In this document: positions 35,911-48,878 of the stretch, in pieces
Layout of the letters: each line of letters starts with the position of its first letter
Numbering within the stretch: the stretch's first letter is position 1
Assembly (NCBI GenBank): GCA_035221665.1
Contig: CM069165.1
Span: forward strand, 17,050,001-17,114,000
Direction: 5' to 3'
Source of the DNA: Okamejei kenojei
Taxonomy: Eukaryota
Length of the DNA stretch: 64,000 nt
Translations under genes and position numbers: made by a program
The notes under the pieces: model-generated
What the model was told of the DNA's origin: nothing
Databases searched by the model: none
What the model saw: the letters and a program-made list of their open reading frames with translations, nothing else

Positions 35911-36602
35911 TCACAATTGCCATATAATTTTGTCTCGGATTTAGATGTTGCCCTATCATAGAACAGTGCAGCACAAGAACAGACCCTTCGACCCCGCAAT
36001 GTGCAAGCAGGATGCCAAGGCAACTCTTATCTACCGGCACATAATCTATATCTCTCCATTTCCTGCATATCCATATTTCTATCAAAGTCTCAGCACATAC
36101 CCCTCTCTGGTCAGTTTCTAAGCACACACCCTTCTCTTGTCCCATTCCTTAGCACATACCTCGGGTCCTTTTTCTGGAGCCAGACCTGTGTTATTGTCAA
36201 CACAATAGTTCTGCAGGGGGCACAAGCTACTGCATCCTATTTGACATTTATGCACATGCAGTCCACTGTCATGTTTGATCCATTTTTATTCTTGGATTTC
36301 GTTACCCTGGAGTATTTTTCCTCAAACATCCCATTTCTATTTAATTGCGGTATCCATTGTCACCACCACATTAATTTACATCTGTTCCTGAAGCACTGGT
36401 TAATCCCTCCGTGAGAATGATCCCATCCAAGTATGTTGTGGTGCATGTCATCCGTCGAGTTTGGGTCTGCTCTCCCTTTAGTCCAGCATGCTAGTTTTAT
36501 TCCTCTCTATCCGTACTCACTATTCATCTGTTTGATAGTTTAGTTTGGTTTGCATGTGTTTTTGTGGTCAGGATTGTCAAGGTTGCAATATTGCATCCTC
36601 TT

Positions 36603-36870
36603 ATAGTTTAGTTATTTTAGAGATACAGCGTGGAAACAGGCCCTCGGCCCACCAAATCCACACTGACCAATGATTACCCAGACACTAGTTGTATCCTGCA
36701 CACTAGGGACAATTTACAGAAGCCCATGAATCCACAAACCTGTACGTATTGTGGAGTGTGGGAGGAAACTGGAACACCTGGGGAAAACCCACGCGGTAAC
36801 AAGGGTGGAACGTACAAATTCTGAACAGACAACACTTGTAGTCAAGATCAAACCTGAGTCTCTGCTACTG
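36603..36870 (-). mobile_element. tRNA-derived SINE (HE1-like)
   Basis: tttagagatacagcgtggaaacaggccc...ggaggaaactggaacacctggggaaaaccc. Confidence 0.8.
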
Positions 36871-39591
36871 TGCAGCCTTTAGCGTAGCCTTTAATTTATT
36901 TATGTCAAAAAAGCAGGATGTGATCATCGTCACACACGGCTCCATGACCTTCAGTAGTGAGATAACCCCACTGTATATCACCAATGCTGTAATAATTCGA
37001 TATAGTACAGGAGGGAGTTGAAACCAATTCTGGTGCTGAAGATTAAATTGATTCTGCCTTTCTCTCACTGTATTCTAGCCATGCTCCAGAATGCGAGTTT
37101 GGTAACTAATCACAAAGTAAAGTCTAGGGCCACATACTGTGTACTATACTGGCTGTACCTGCATTAGTTGAAAATATTATCCGATGAGATTGAAGCTGAG
37201 AAAGCAGGCATTCAACTCTACCGCAGTGCAGGTATCACAAATCAGAGGGCGTCATCACCCTGTCTGCCCACCCCTCCCCCGGTTAAAGTTGTATTCCTAG
37301 TCCAGTGAGTTTGCTCCATCCCTTTATCCAACAGGCTTCATAGTCGAGTAAGAAAGCTCAAATCCCATTTGAGGAAAGGAAACATAATATTTTCCTCTGC
37401 TGTTCACTTCTGATGAGGCGAAAAAATGAATTTAAATCTTCAGCCTGGTCTTCTGCCAAAGGCAGTTATTCGGCAAGCTTTGCTGAGCAACTTTTACACT
37501 GCCTTCCTGCTCTGATCAGTCATGTTCACATTTCCCCTTTTGAAACTGCTACTGTGTACAGCTGTGCGTTTTTTATATTTAAAAAAAAAGGATGTTTCTG
37601 TTTGCCAGCAAGTTCCTGGTTGACCCAGACAGCGGGCTGAATCTGGTAATCGTCAGCAGCTTTGAGCGGCCCTTGCTCGGTGAAGCATTGTTGTACATCA
37701 TTGTTCTCCGCTGCCTGACCCGCGTCGGCTGGCGAATGCAGCTTGCAGAAGATAATTATTTTCCATTTGCCTTCTGTTGCTGAACGTTAGCTGCCGGTGT
37801 GCTTGGCACCTCTGACAGATGTGAAGACATGTTTCTGCTAATCTGCAGTGTGTTGTTTTCAATTTGGTGGCCTCTGCCTGCCCTTGCTTCCCTTCCCTGA
37901 CACTCAAAAGAAAATATTTATCTGTCCCAATTGCCTGCCTTTGACCAAGAGGTGGTGCAGTTGGATCCGGTGGGCTGTGTTTTCATTACCAGTTCTGTCG
38001 GGTTTCTAGATATAACCACTGAGTGGCACTCCATCCAGTTGCAGAAAAAAGCCACTACACTAGGCATGCTCTCTGAATTTCTTGCGAAAGTAAGTGTCTG
38101 GTAAACTCATGTATTAAACAGGCAAAAGTTAAATCCTGTATGTGCATCGAGAAAATTCATGATTTTTGTCCAATTTACCATGTTGAATTGCACTGTTTGC
38201 TGTAATCTGTAAGATCCTCTATTTACAATTTAATTTAATAACTCCAAAATTATACTGCAATCAAATGCAGTGGATCTTCAGAGGATATTTAAATTAAAAG
38301 AAATATAAAGGACATGATAATTAAAGGATTCCGTCTTGGGATGACCCAGAGCACTTTATGGTCAGTCATATACTTTTAAATATATTTAATCTATAATATG
38401 GGAAACATGGCAGTCAGTTTGCGCACATCAAACCTCCACAAATAGCAATGTAACATTTCCTCTCTGATCTGTGTTTCTGCCCAGCCCAAGGATGAGCTAA
38501 TGGGTTATTCTTTGGAAAGTGAACCAAAATGCCACACACACACGACCAGATGGCATCACATAAAGTAGTGCATTCAAAAGTTCTTGTAAGGGATGAATCG
38601 TTTTGTAATTTACCTACCTGCAGAACTATAATGCATGCCAGCTAAAGATATGAACAACCTAGCTTTTTAAAATTCAGAGTTTGTAAGATTGTAACTGAGT
38701 TATGAAAAAAATGCTTCCGTGTGAGGTTACACACGTGACCAGTCATATTTGACCTCTGACCCTTAACATTGTCAGCACAACATAAAAATGTCACTTGATA
38801 AACCGAAAAAAATGTGAATGATATACAGTACAAAACAGTACACGTGTAATGCTTTCAGAATTAGAAGAGATGTATTCCACAAATTTTCATATTTTTAGCC
38901 ACACACTTGACCAAGAATGGGCATAATGGTTAACTGGGTTCCATAAGTTGCCCCTGGTGCATTACGAGGACTGGGTGTGGAGGAGGTGATAGGTTTGTGA
39001 AAGAGGGAATGGTTCCATGGAGAATAAATGGGGGAGTGGAATTCATGGAAATGTCCTGAGTGCCAGTTTACGTTTTTGGACTGAATGCCTCGTATGTTGA
39101 AAAATATAGGCCAGACATTCTGTTTAATAATTGAAAGATAAATAATTAGTCATGGAACAATCCAATAACTCCACGACTCTTAAAAGTGATGTCATGAGAG
39201 CCTTTACTCTCACCTGGGGAGAACAGGTAGAATTTGGTTCAGCATCTTATCTTAAAGACAACTCCCTGGCGATGTGTTCATCCCTCAGTACACACCAGCG
39301 CATCGGCCAAGATTTTTGTGCCCAAATCTGAATGCAACTTGAATCCACGATCTTGTGACTCAGGCAAGAATACTACCCACTTAGCCATGGCTAACAAATT
39401 GGAAATTACCAATGAAGGCATAGTATTTAAAAAAATTGAAAGCATTTCTATTGAATCCTGGTGAGACCAAGCAATTGCACAGAGATTTAGTTTCAGTCAT
39501 ACAAAGAATCACTGGAGAAAGTATAAAAAAGGACATGAAACAGAACTGAGAAATTATTACTTGAGGAAAGTGAACAGGCTGGAGCTCTTGT

Positions 39592-39870
39592 GTTTAAGGA
39601 ACTGCAGATACTGGAAAATCGAAGGTAGACAAAAGTGCTGGAGAAACTCAGCGGGTGCAGCAGCATCTATGGAGCGAAGGAAATAGGCAACGTTTCGGGC
39701 CAAAACCCTTCTTCAGACTGACGTAGGGTGGAGGGGGGGTGGGCGGGGAGAAGAAAGGAGAAAGGAAGAGGAGGAGGCTGAGGGAGAGCTGAGAAGGGGA
39801 GGAGATAGCAAGGGCTACCGGAAATTGGAGAAGTCAATGTTTATGCCGCTAGGGTGCAAACTGCCCAAGC
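39592..39870 (-). mobile_element. Penelope 3' fragment with intact hammerhead-like core
   Basis: Reverse complement ctgaagaagggttttggcccgaaacgttg at ~39687-39716; GIY-YIG tail ggagaagtcaatgttt...ctgcccaag. Confidence 0.85.
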
Positions 39871-41980
39871 TCTCGTCTAGAAACTATGAATAGTATTATC
39901 TAGTCGAGGTCTTTATCTACCTAATCAAACCTCTAATTTTGGTATCAGTTTTGAGGAGTCTGGAGATGAAGGAACCAAAGCAAAGATAGTCATTAATAGA
40001 TCTAGTGGAGAATTCGGAATAAACAATATTTTTATTTGAGTAGTGCTGGGAAGGCTTGATAAACATGGGGGGTGAAAATTGAATTTACTGGTGAAATAGA
40101 AGGGAAAGTAGTTGTGTAGAGCATGTTTATAGGCATGAGCTTATTAAACAAAATGGCACCTTTCTCAGCTGTGAAATTCTTTGAATAATTAATATACTTC
40201 TTTAATTAGCTCCTTTATGACAATGTGGCACAGGTGCCAGCAATTTGGTGCATCTTCCTTTTGTCAGCAATTTTTAAGAGCTATCTAAAGTCGTTTTCCT
40301 TTTCTGATCCACACTGTAAAAGTTTCTCCTTTGAGTATTTATCCAGTGCCATCTCAAAGCTGTTATTGAATCTGCCACCTGCCCCCCTTTCAGGCTCTGT
40401 GCTCTTGTTGCATGAGTCATTTCACTTTCAGTCTACATGTCCTGACACAGCACAGATCTGCATCTTAACGTGACGCATATCAACATTAATAATTCATTGA
40501 GTTACCTGTGTGGATACCTAGAAATGTCAGTTCATGGAAACGGGTGTTTATTACTTATGTAAGAAGGAACTGCGGATGCTGGTTTAAACCAAAGATAGAC
40601 ACAAAAAGCTGGAGTAACTCAGTGGGACAGGCAGCATCTCTGGAGAGAAGGAATGGGTGACGTTTCAGGTCGAGACCCTTCTTTATCAATTTGTTTTTTC
40701 GACTCTTACATTGAAAATGCCTCATATAGACCCACAAATGAATGCATTCAAGGGTATGTTATCTAATGGAATCAGGCCAAACACTTGCAAGGAAACCTGA
40801 TTACTTCCACTGGCCCCTTTCGACTGTTGAATTAATACTGTTTTGCATATTAAACATCACTTGAAAGAAGCATTGAGGATAGGAGAGACACCGTGTGCTT
40901 TGGCCATGGTGTTCATTGCCCATCAATCACTAAGGACAAATACTTCAAGGGAAGTTGCAAACAGTAAATATTCTCCAAAACTAACAGTACAGTGGCATGA
41001 TCACCCAATGTGAAAACCCTGCTACTTTCTGCAGCTGGACAACACATTGAATTGCTGCACTGCTTAACTAATCTTAGTTGCAAGTAAAGTGATACAAGGT
41101 GTACCACATTTGACTGTTGATGTTCAAGTAACCCTGGCCAAAATTGAAGTCGGGAGCCACAAAGGGAGTTTGGAGTTATAGGCCAATAAGCCCAGCCCCC
41201 GATGATTGCCATAAGATTTCATCATGGTATTATCCTTGGCCAGCCACAATCAACTACTGCAATATCCTTCTGCCTCTCAAAAATGGGGAAGTTCACCATG
41301 ATGAGTAGCAAACAATGTGTTCACTATTTACCATGCTAAATCTGTATACTGTCAACCAGATGCCCCACAAGATCTTGTTAAGGATTTGGAAATGTCACCT
41401 TTTAAACCTGTAATTTGTACTGTAGAAGCATGTGCCTGCAGCAGCACAAATTATAAGATTTTGCTCTGGTTTGTGCACGCTATCTGCTTGGAAAAAATAT
41501 CCATTAATTTGTTAATAATTCTAGATGTTCGAACTACTGTCCAATGGTACGAAATGTGCAATCACTATACAGATTTTGATAGCTCAACATGATGGTTCAC
41601 CACCACATTATCAAGCATTTAGGTATAGGAAATAAAATTATTTAAATGGGCTTCTATAATACAAGAAGAGTAAGGTGATGTGCCTCAATGATTACTGACT
41701 GGTGGCACTAACATCCATGTTGATAAAGTAAATTGAAGAGTTGGTTATGGCACATATCAACTCCTTCCAAAACAAGAACCTGGGCCCTACGATTTGCTAC
41801 CACCACAACAGGTCCACAGAGGATGCAATCTAACTGGCTCTCTACTGCATTGGACCACTTAGACAATAAAAACACATATATCAGCTTGGTGTTCATTGAC
41901 TACAGCTCGGCATTTGCCACCGTCGCTTTTCTCACCTTACCCTTTCATGTCTCTCGTCTCCCTCTCCCCTAACTCTCAGT

Positions 41981-42008
41981 CTGAAGAAGGGTCTCGACCC
42001 GAAACGTC
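41981..42008 (+). ncRNA. Minimal Penelope-type hammerhead ribozyme core
   Basis: CUGAAGA-a-GGGU(CUCG)ACCC-GAAA-C-GUC within a Penelope pLTR fragment (~41925-42080). Confidence 0.65.
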
Positions 42009-42319
42009 ATCCATTCCTGCCAAACAGAGATGCTGCCTGTCTCACTGCGTTACTCCAGCTATTTGTATCCTTCTTCTTTATAGCTGGTGCTTGGCAGCCG
42101 CACCAATTCTAAGATTGCCCTCTGGTTTTGCACGCTATCTTGGAAAAAAAACAATTTATTAATTGTTAATAATTCTAGGTCTTGAAACTACTATCCAATA
42201 GTGCTAAATATGCAATCACCACACAGATTTTGAAGGCTCAGGTTGATAGGTCATGATCACTTTCTCAAGCTTCTAGGTATACAATCCTTTAAAAGGGCAT
42301 CAGTAATACCGCTGCCCAA

Positions 42320-43620
42320 GTTGACATGCTTCAATAACTACAGACCAGTGGCACTAATGTCTGTGGTGATGTAGTGCTTTGAGGTGTTGGTTATGGCGCA
42401 TATTAACACCTTCTTCAACCCACTACAATGTGTTACATGTTACCACCACAGCTGATCAACAAAGGATGCGATCTCACTGGCTCTCGACGCTGCACTCGAC
42501 CACTTGGACAATACAAACATACATCAGGCTGTTCTTCATAGAATGCAGCTCGGCATTTAACACCATCCTCCCCTCCAAGCAAGTTACCAAGTTCATGGAA
42601 CTGGGTCTCTGTGCGTCCCTTTGCAACCGGATCTTGACTTCCTCATCAACAGGCCATAACCTGTAAGAATTAGCAGCAACACTTCCTTCTCGATAACCAT
42701 CAGCATCGGAGCACCTTAAGGCTGGGTGCTCAGCCCCCTGCTCTGCACACCCAATGCTCACGACTGTGTAGCCGAACACCGTTGGAACTCGATCTCGAAG
42801 TTTGCTAATGACATCACCATTGTTAGACGAATTATAGAGGACAATGAGTCTGAGTGCAGGAGGGAGATCGAATGACTGACCAAATGGTGCCAGCAAAACA
42901 ACCTTGCTCTTAATGTCAGTAAGACCAAGGAACTGATTGTGGACTTTGGAAGAGGAAGAACCTGTCTTTCGATGGAACGGTGGTAGAGAGAGTCAAAAGC
43001 TTCAAATTCCTGGACTTGTGCGTCTCTGTAGATATATACTGGATATAGCACATTGATGCAATCATAAGGAAAGCCTATCAACCCCTCTACTTCCTTACAA
43101 GATTGAAGAGATTTGGAATGTCAACAAATACGCTCCAACTTTTGCAGGTGTACAATAGTGAACGCATTGGCTGGTTGCATCACAGCCTGGTTCAGCAAGT
43201 CAAATGCCCAGGAATGAAGAAGATTGCAAAAGTGGGAAACACTGCCCAGTGCATCACTGACCTCCCAACCGTCGTACGGATCTCGAAAGGGCCAGCATCC
43301 TCAGAGACTCACACCACCCTGGCCGCGCTCTCATTTCACTCCTCATCGAAAAGGTATAGGGACCTGAAAACTAACATCCAGGTTCAGGAGCAGCTTTTTA
43401 ACAACTATCGGGCTATTAAACACGATGACCTCCAAATAGACTCTGAACTATATAGACTTTGTGATATTATGTTTACACTATTGTCAATTTATTTATATGC
43501 TGAACTTTTGTCATTTATTATGGGTTTTACAGGGTACTATGTTTACATGTGTGTTGTGCCGCTGCCAGACAGAATTTAATTGTTCCATTTCTGGGCATAT
43601 GACAATAAAACATTCCTGAC
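42320..43620 (+). mobile_element. Degenerate Rex/Babar-like (L2/CR1 group) LINE, RT region and 3' end
   Basis: RLFFIECSSAFNTI, GAP*GWVLSPLL, KFANDIT, LNVSKTKELIVDF; 3' gacaataaa. Confidence 0.85.
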
Positions 43621-43757
43621 CAAGGTCTGACCTGAAAAGCAATACTCACATCCATGAATGAATTAAAAAATATAGACTGAACTGGATATTCTACATCTGT
43701 AGAGATTTTGCCATCTATGCCTCTCAGAAGAAAATAATTAATTGATTTTGAACCTGA

Positions 43758-43886
43758 AGTATAACCATATAACAATTACAGCACGGAAACAGGCCCTCTC
43801 GGCCCTTCCAGTCCGTGCCGACCATTTGTTTTCCCCTAGTCCCATCTATCTGCACTCAGACCATACCCCTCCATTCCCTTCATGTC
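43758..43886 (-). mobile_element. CR1 3' UTR fragment, near-identical to 30320-30452 in inverted orientation
   Basis: ataaccatataacaattacagcacggaaacaggccctctcggcccttccagtccgtgccgaccatttgttttcccc. Confidence 0.85.
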
Positions 43887-46800
43887 AAGTGATTTAGTTA
43901 TTCCCAGTCTTCGGATTGGTATTTATTTTGTCAACTGCAAAAACTGAATTTGAGCAGTGTGGTTGCAGCTGCCTGACTAAATCTCCACGGATCACTGTTT
44001 TCTGCTAAGATGTCTTGCAAAGGCCATGGGACTGAGTTTAGAACTTGATGTGGAACCCAAGTGTGAACACGGCACCTCCACCAGCTTTGCAGCCTCCAAA
44101 TATGCTCTCCGGTTGTTGTGCGGCATCCAACATATTGCCCTGTTAGGAATCTACATTTTAAATTCTAACTAAACCGATACACAAATGGTGAATTAATTAG
44201 TTAGTCATTTCCTCCTCCATGGCATGGACTTTGTTCCTTTCTCTGCATTTTTAGCCTCATCTTCAATTGCTTGTGTGCTCAACTCTCGTTCTCCTCTTCC
44301 CCGCAATTCAGCAGCCGTTGTCACTTGTTGTAGGAGGATTGTGAAGACATCTCCCCTGCAGAATCATAAAGCTAAACAGCAGGGAAACGGGCTCTTTGGT
44401 CATACCTGTCCATGCCAACCAAGTTGGCTTTCACAGCAAGTGACATTTGCATGTATTTGCCCCATATCCCTCTTAACCCCTTCATAATAAATACCTGTCT
44501 AAAAGTATTTTCAGACATCATTGTATCGGCTTCAAGGTTTCAAAGTCCCCGTTTCAAGGTCAGTTTATTGTCACACGTACCAATTAAGGTACAATGAAAT
44601 TTGAGTTTTAGATATGCTATCTTCTGTGGGGAAAAAGGTGTCCTTGAGCTCTCACTTAAATCTCTCCCTTCTCGCCTAAAGGGAGAGGAAGTATCTAAAA
44701 AGCAACCCCATGCCTGATTTATGAGGCTTTATTTATTTGGATGATGATGGTAATTCTGATCTGGTTGACATCTATTGCTTAATCGTGGGTTCCGGGCTTG
44801 ATATTGGCTAAATCCTTGGTGTTGTAGCCTGTGCCACAGGATCCCTTTAGTGTATCGCTCAGATTTGATGTTGTTCCCTTAATGCTATTTATATTGATTT
44901 TCTTTGGTGGGTTAATGCATTAGCTGATCGTGAAGAGTTAATTTGAGTTGCTTTATAGATTGCTTACTTCACTTACTAACCAATGTAGTGATTTATTATT
45001 AGACGCCCCGCCTACTGCACTGTTCATATTATCGCAACCCAACTTGTGCTTGCAGACCGTGCAGCTACACAGCAGACCCAATATGTTGTAGTGTGTTATA
45101 TGTGCTTTTCAATAATTACTGTTGTACCATGTTGGTGAGTATGACTGGGTCATTCGACAGCTTCATCTTGTAGATTGAACGCAATGCAGTCTCAGTTTTC
45201 TGGTTGAGGAAAGGATAGATGGAGTCCAGTAGTATTGAAACTACATGTTGTCATCAGGCCAGTTGAGCATGGCATCCTATTCCTAATAAGGTATATGGTG
45301 GCATGGCTGGAAGATGTCTGCAGGTGAGCTGGATGTCAGGGTGCTCAGGCTGCTTTTGTGCCTGAACAGGCTCAGTAACTGATCAGTAAACAGCACAATT
45401 CAACTTTTCATGTCAGGGTGCAATGTCTTTCGTCTTTCATTGCCTGGTACTTGGTATGTGATGATAGCAGTGAAACCTTGATTATGCAAAGTTCCAAACT
45501 TATTATCCCCCCCTGGCATTATTAGAGAGACCGGAGAAGCTAGGCATGTTTAAGCTGAGAACATTAAATGGAGATATAATGGAATTGTTCAAAATCATGA
45601 ATTATTTTCAGTGAAAAAGAAGAAACTGTTTTCCACAGGTGCTAAGATGATTGACCGCAGAGCACAGGATAAGCAACGTGAGAATCAGCAGAGAGGTGTT
45701 ATATGGAATTCACTGCTTGGAAATGTGATGGAAGTTTCAATATTAACATTGCAAAGGAAATTAGATAAATGTATGACAATGTAAAAATTGCAAGGGTGTG
45801 GGATAAGATCATACAAATACAGCGGAGTGGATAGCTCATTCAAAGTGCTGTCTGTGCTGACTACACTGGGTATCAACTTTCTCATTATTATTGCATGTCA
45901 GGCATTTATTCTGAAGCTGCAGTGCTTTGTGCAGTTTGTCATTTCCTATTGGGGAAAAAAAATGTACAATTATCAAGAATGTCCTAGGTTCATGCCGCCA
46001 CTGCAGCAGGCTCTTTTAAATTCACCAAATTAAACCTTGGGTAGAAACTAGTCTCAATTTTTGAAACTAGAAAGCTGAGGTTCTCTCAAACTTATTCACT
46101 TGAGTTCAAGCAAATAACTAATCGGTTAAGTAACTGTGCTGTTCTTTCCTGGTCCAACCAATATGCGATTCTATTTCCTCAGCAATCCTCAGAAAACACT
46201 TAACTCACCAAGAAATCGCCCTTCGGCCAGATTATACCCGTCGTTTTCAAGAGTCATTTTATCACAACCTGCCTGGGGACAATTAATGAAGGCACAAGAG
46301 AGTGCAGATGCTGGACTCATAAGTGTCCTCCATATGTGGTATTGGCTTCTGTCAGGCTTACCACAACCGAAATGCCTCCAAGTCATCAGTTAATTTCGAA
46401 ATCATGGCTCCAGCCTTTAGATTTCGTGCATGCATTGATATTTTCTTAAGTATGAAAGGTAAACGCTTTTTTATATTGGTTAATGTTTTCCTACACTGGA
46501 GCGGCAGAGAATGCAGTGTTTGGAGTATCCAGAAATAGCCATACATTGGGGAGGGAAACTGCTCAGCTGCTGTGCTTGCCCTGTTACTCACTTGGTCTGG
46601 TACATACTAATTATCTTCCAGTTCTCATTACTTGATGGGTTATGAATGGTTTAAAGGGTAGTGACTGCGACAGAACCCAATGTTGCATTTCTTGTAATTG
46701 AAACGTGGCATTTACAAACATCTGTTGGTGTTTATGAAAATCCAATTGCCAGCTCATTAACAAACCCAGAATGTGGCCAGCACATTTACTTTATGGCTCA

Positions 46801-47402
46801 ACGCCTGTGGTTTTATAGGTTTTGATTCTTGACCATTCTTGATGTGTTTGCATCCTGTGACTGTGGGCAGATGGTTGCTGAAACAATCGGTCTTCAAGCT
46901 TGGCCGGGAGTCGGTGCATTTTCTGTATGTTGTTACATTGAAACTAGTGTCTGGATTACTTGGTACTCTCCAGGTACGCAGGGCAAGGTGGTTCAGTTCA
47001 TTGTTGCAATTAAGCTGTAGTGAACAAATTGCTTTCAATAATGCAAGAGTTAAGATTGCCAGGTTGGTTAATATATCTGGCTCAAGGTATGCTTGAAATA
47101 AATATATTTAAAGAGTGGACACAAATGGTTAAACTATTTAATCAGCTCATTAATCAGTGGAACTTAATTGAAAATATTTTGTGTAATGGAAGGAGAGGTG
47201 AGTTGAATTTGCACCACACATTTGCTTGTCTTTGGTATTTTATCAGATGACAAAATTGTCAGATTTGTGGTATGTCAGGTTTAAATTTTAGCTTTTAAAG
47301 TTTTCAAAAAGCTTAAATCTGAAGGAGCAAATGAAAAGTGTGTTAAGTGTGATTCTGAACACACTGAATTCCTGGTTTTTGCTGGCCTTCCATGTGTTAG
47401 TA

Positions 47403-47635
47403 CAGAGATTCCCATCCTTTTTCATCCCGGTTACCCCTGGCACCTTTAATAGCACATAACAATGTTATTTCACTTATTTATGAACAACTAATGATGAACA
47501 GATACTGGTATACCAAAACCAAACAGTCAGTCAATGAGAAAAAATATGTACAAATCCAGAATCAACAGATTTACCCCCTGGGTAGGTGAAATTTAGCCCC
47601 TGGGGAGTAAATTTACCCCAGGTTGGGATCCCTTG
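47403..47635 (-). mobile_element. hAT MITE, same family as 33378, inverted
   Basis: Shares aaccaaacagtcagtcaatgagaaaaaatatgta.aaatccagaatcaac; end ggttgggatcccttg; imperfect TSD tgttagta / ggttagaa. Confidence 0.8.
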
Positions 47636-47949
47636 GGTTAGAAAGTTGAAGGTTGCAAAAAAAAAGTTAGCCACGATCACTCTGGTATGCCTGCAACAGC
47701 TGATTGTAAGGAAACGCCAGTTACTTCAATTGTAGATGTAGGAAAATGCAAATGTAAATTTACCTGCTACTTGGGCGGCACCATGGGCCCCACTATGATA
47801 TTATCAGTTCTCTGGTGGTTAATGCAGCCAATGTTGGATTCCAGACTTCCGACTTACCTGGTGGGAAAGTTGTGTGGGTATTTTGTAAGGTTGTGCCCTC
47901 TGTTTGCCATTTGATGCGGGACCTCTGTGTGCTCCTGGTGCATGACCTC

Positions 47950-48875
47950 AAGATCTCAATACCGTTGAATGCTGCTCTGAGGCAAAACAGACCAGCGATT
48001 CCCAGAAGCTTTGAGGAAGCTTATATATAATTTGACAAGTAATGGAAGATTGTAAGAAGGTTATAATAATTGTGGGTGACTTGATTTGTCTAATGTTTAT
48101 CAAGATGAAGTTGATAAAGGCATCCTTGAAGAAGAGTTCATGATGAATTCGGGTCTCAGAACAATAAATTGTGGAATCAACCAGATTGCAGGCACTTTTA
48201 AACCTTGCCATGTGTAACAAGATGGGATTAATTAATGATCGCATAGTAAAAGATTCTCGGAGAAGTGTGATAACATGCTACCATTACGCATTTTTAGTAT
48301 CAGAGTGAGAAATAAAAATACCTAACTCTTGCCCAAAGTTAAGTAAGTTAAACAGTTATGATTGCAGAGGTGGCTAAAACTGAAAAGGAAAATAGATTGA
48401 GGAAAGATGGTAAAGAAGCAGAGGCAGACAATTCAAGGTAGTTGATCATTCTCAATAGGCATTCCATTGAGATATAGAGACTTTATGAAAATCATCATTC
48501 ATCTGCGGTTTACTAAAAACACCCGATTTAAAAATATTTGGATTATGGAGAATAAGTGAAATCCCATTTTACAGTGAGCTGATGAAAGCATGGCTGGAGA
48601 GCTGCGTACAATTTTAGTTTCCAAATTTAAGGCTAGTGTGTTTCCTTTAGAGGTAGTGCATGGGAATACATTGGTTCATGGGATAAGGTTGATGTATGAA
48701 GAAATACAGAACAAGTTGAGGTCATTCTTATTTCAGTTCTGAGGAATGACTGTTGTTCTTATTTAAATATCTAAAATTCGGAGAAAGGGTTGTCAGGGTG
48801 GAATTTGGGAGAATCTTTTACTTTGCTAGGGCAACATTTTCAGAATAAGAGGTTGTCCATTTTAGATGGATATGA
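47950..48875 (+). mobile_element. Very old CR1 LINE relic (endonuclease and RT pieces)
   Basis: ataataattgtgggtgactt (IIVGD, APE motif), ctggagagctgcgtacaatttt (LE.CVQF), agaataagaggttgtccatttt. Confidence 0.55.
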
Positions 48876-48878
48876 AGG

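Noticed and set aside
46189-46386. Possible antisense exon with a gtgagt donor
   Set aside because: No convincing acceptor, partner exons or recognisable protein.
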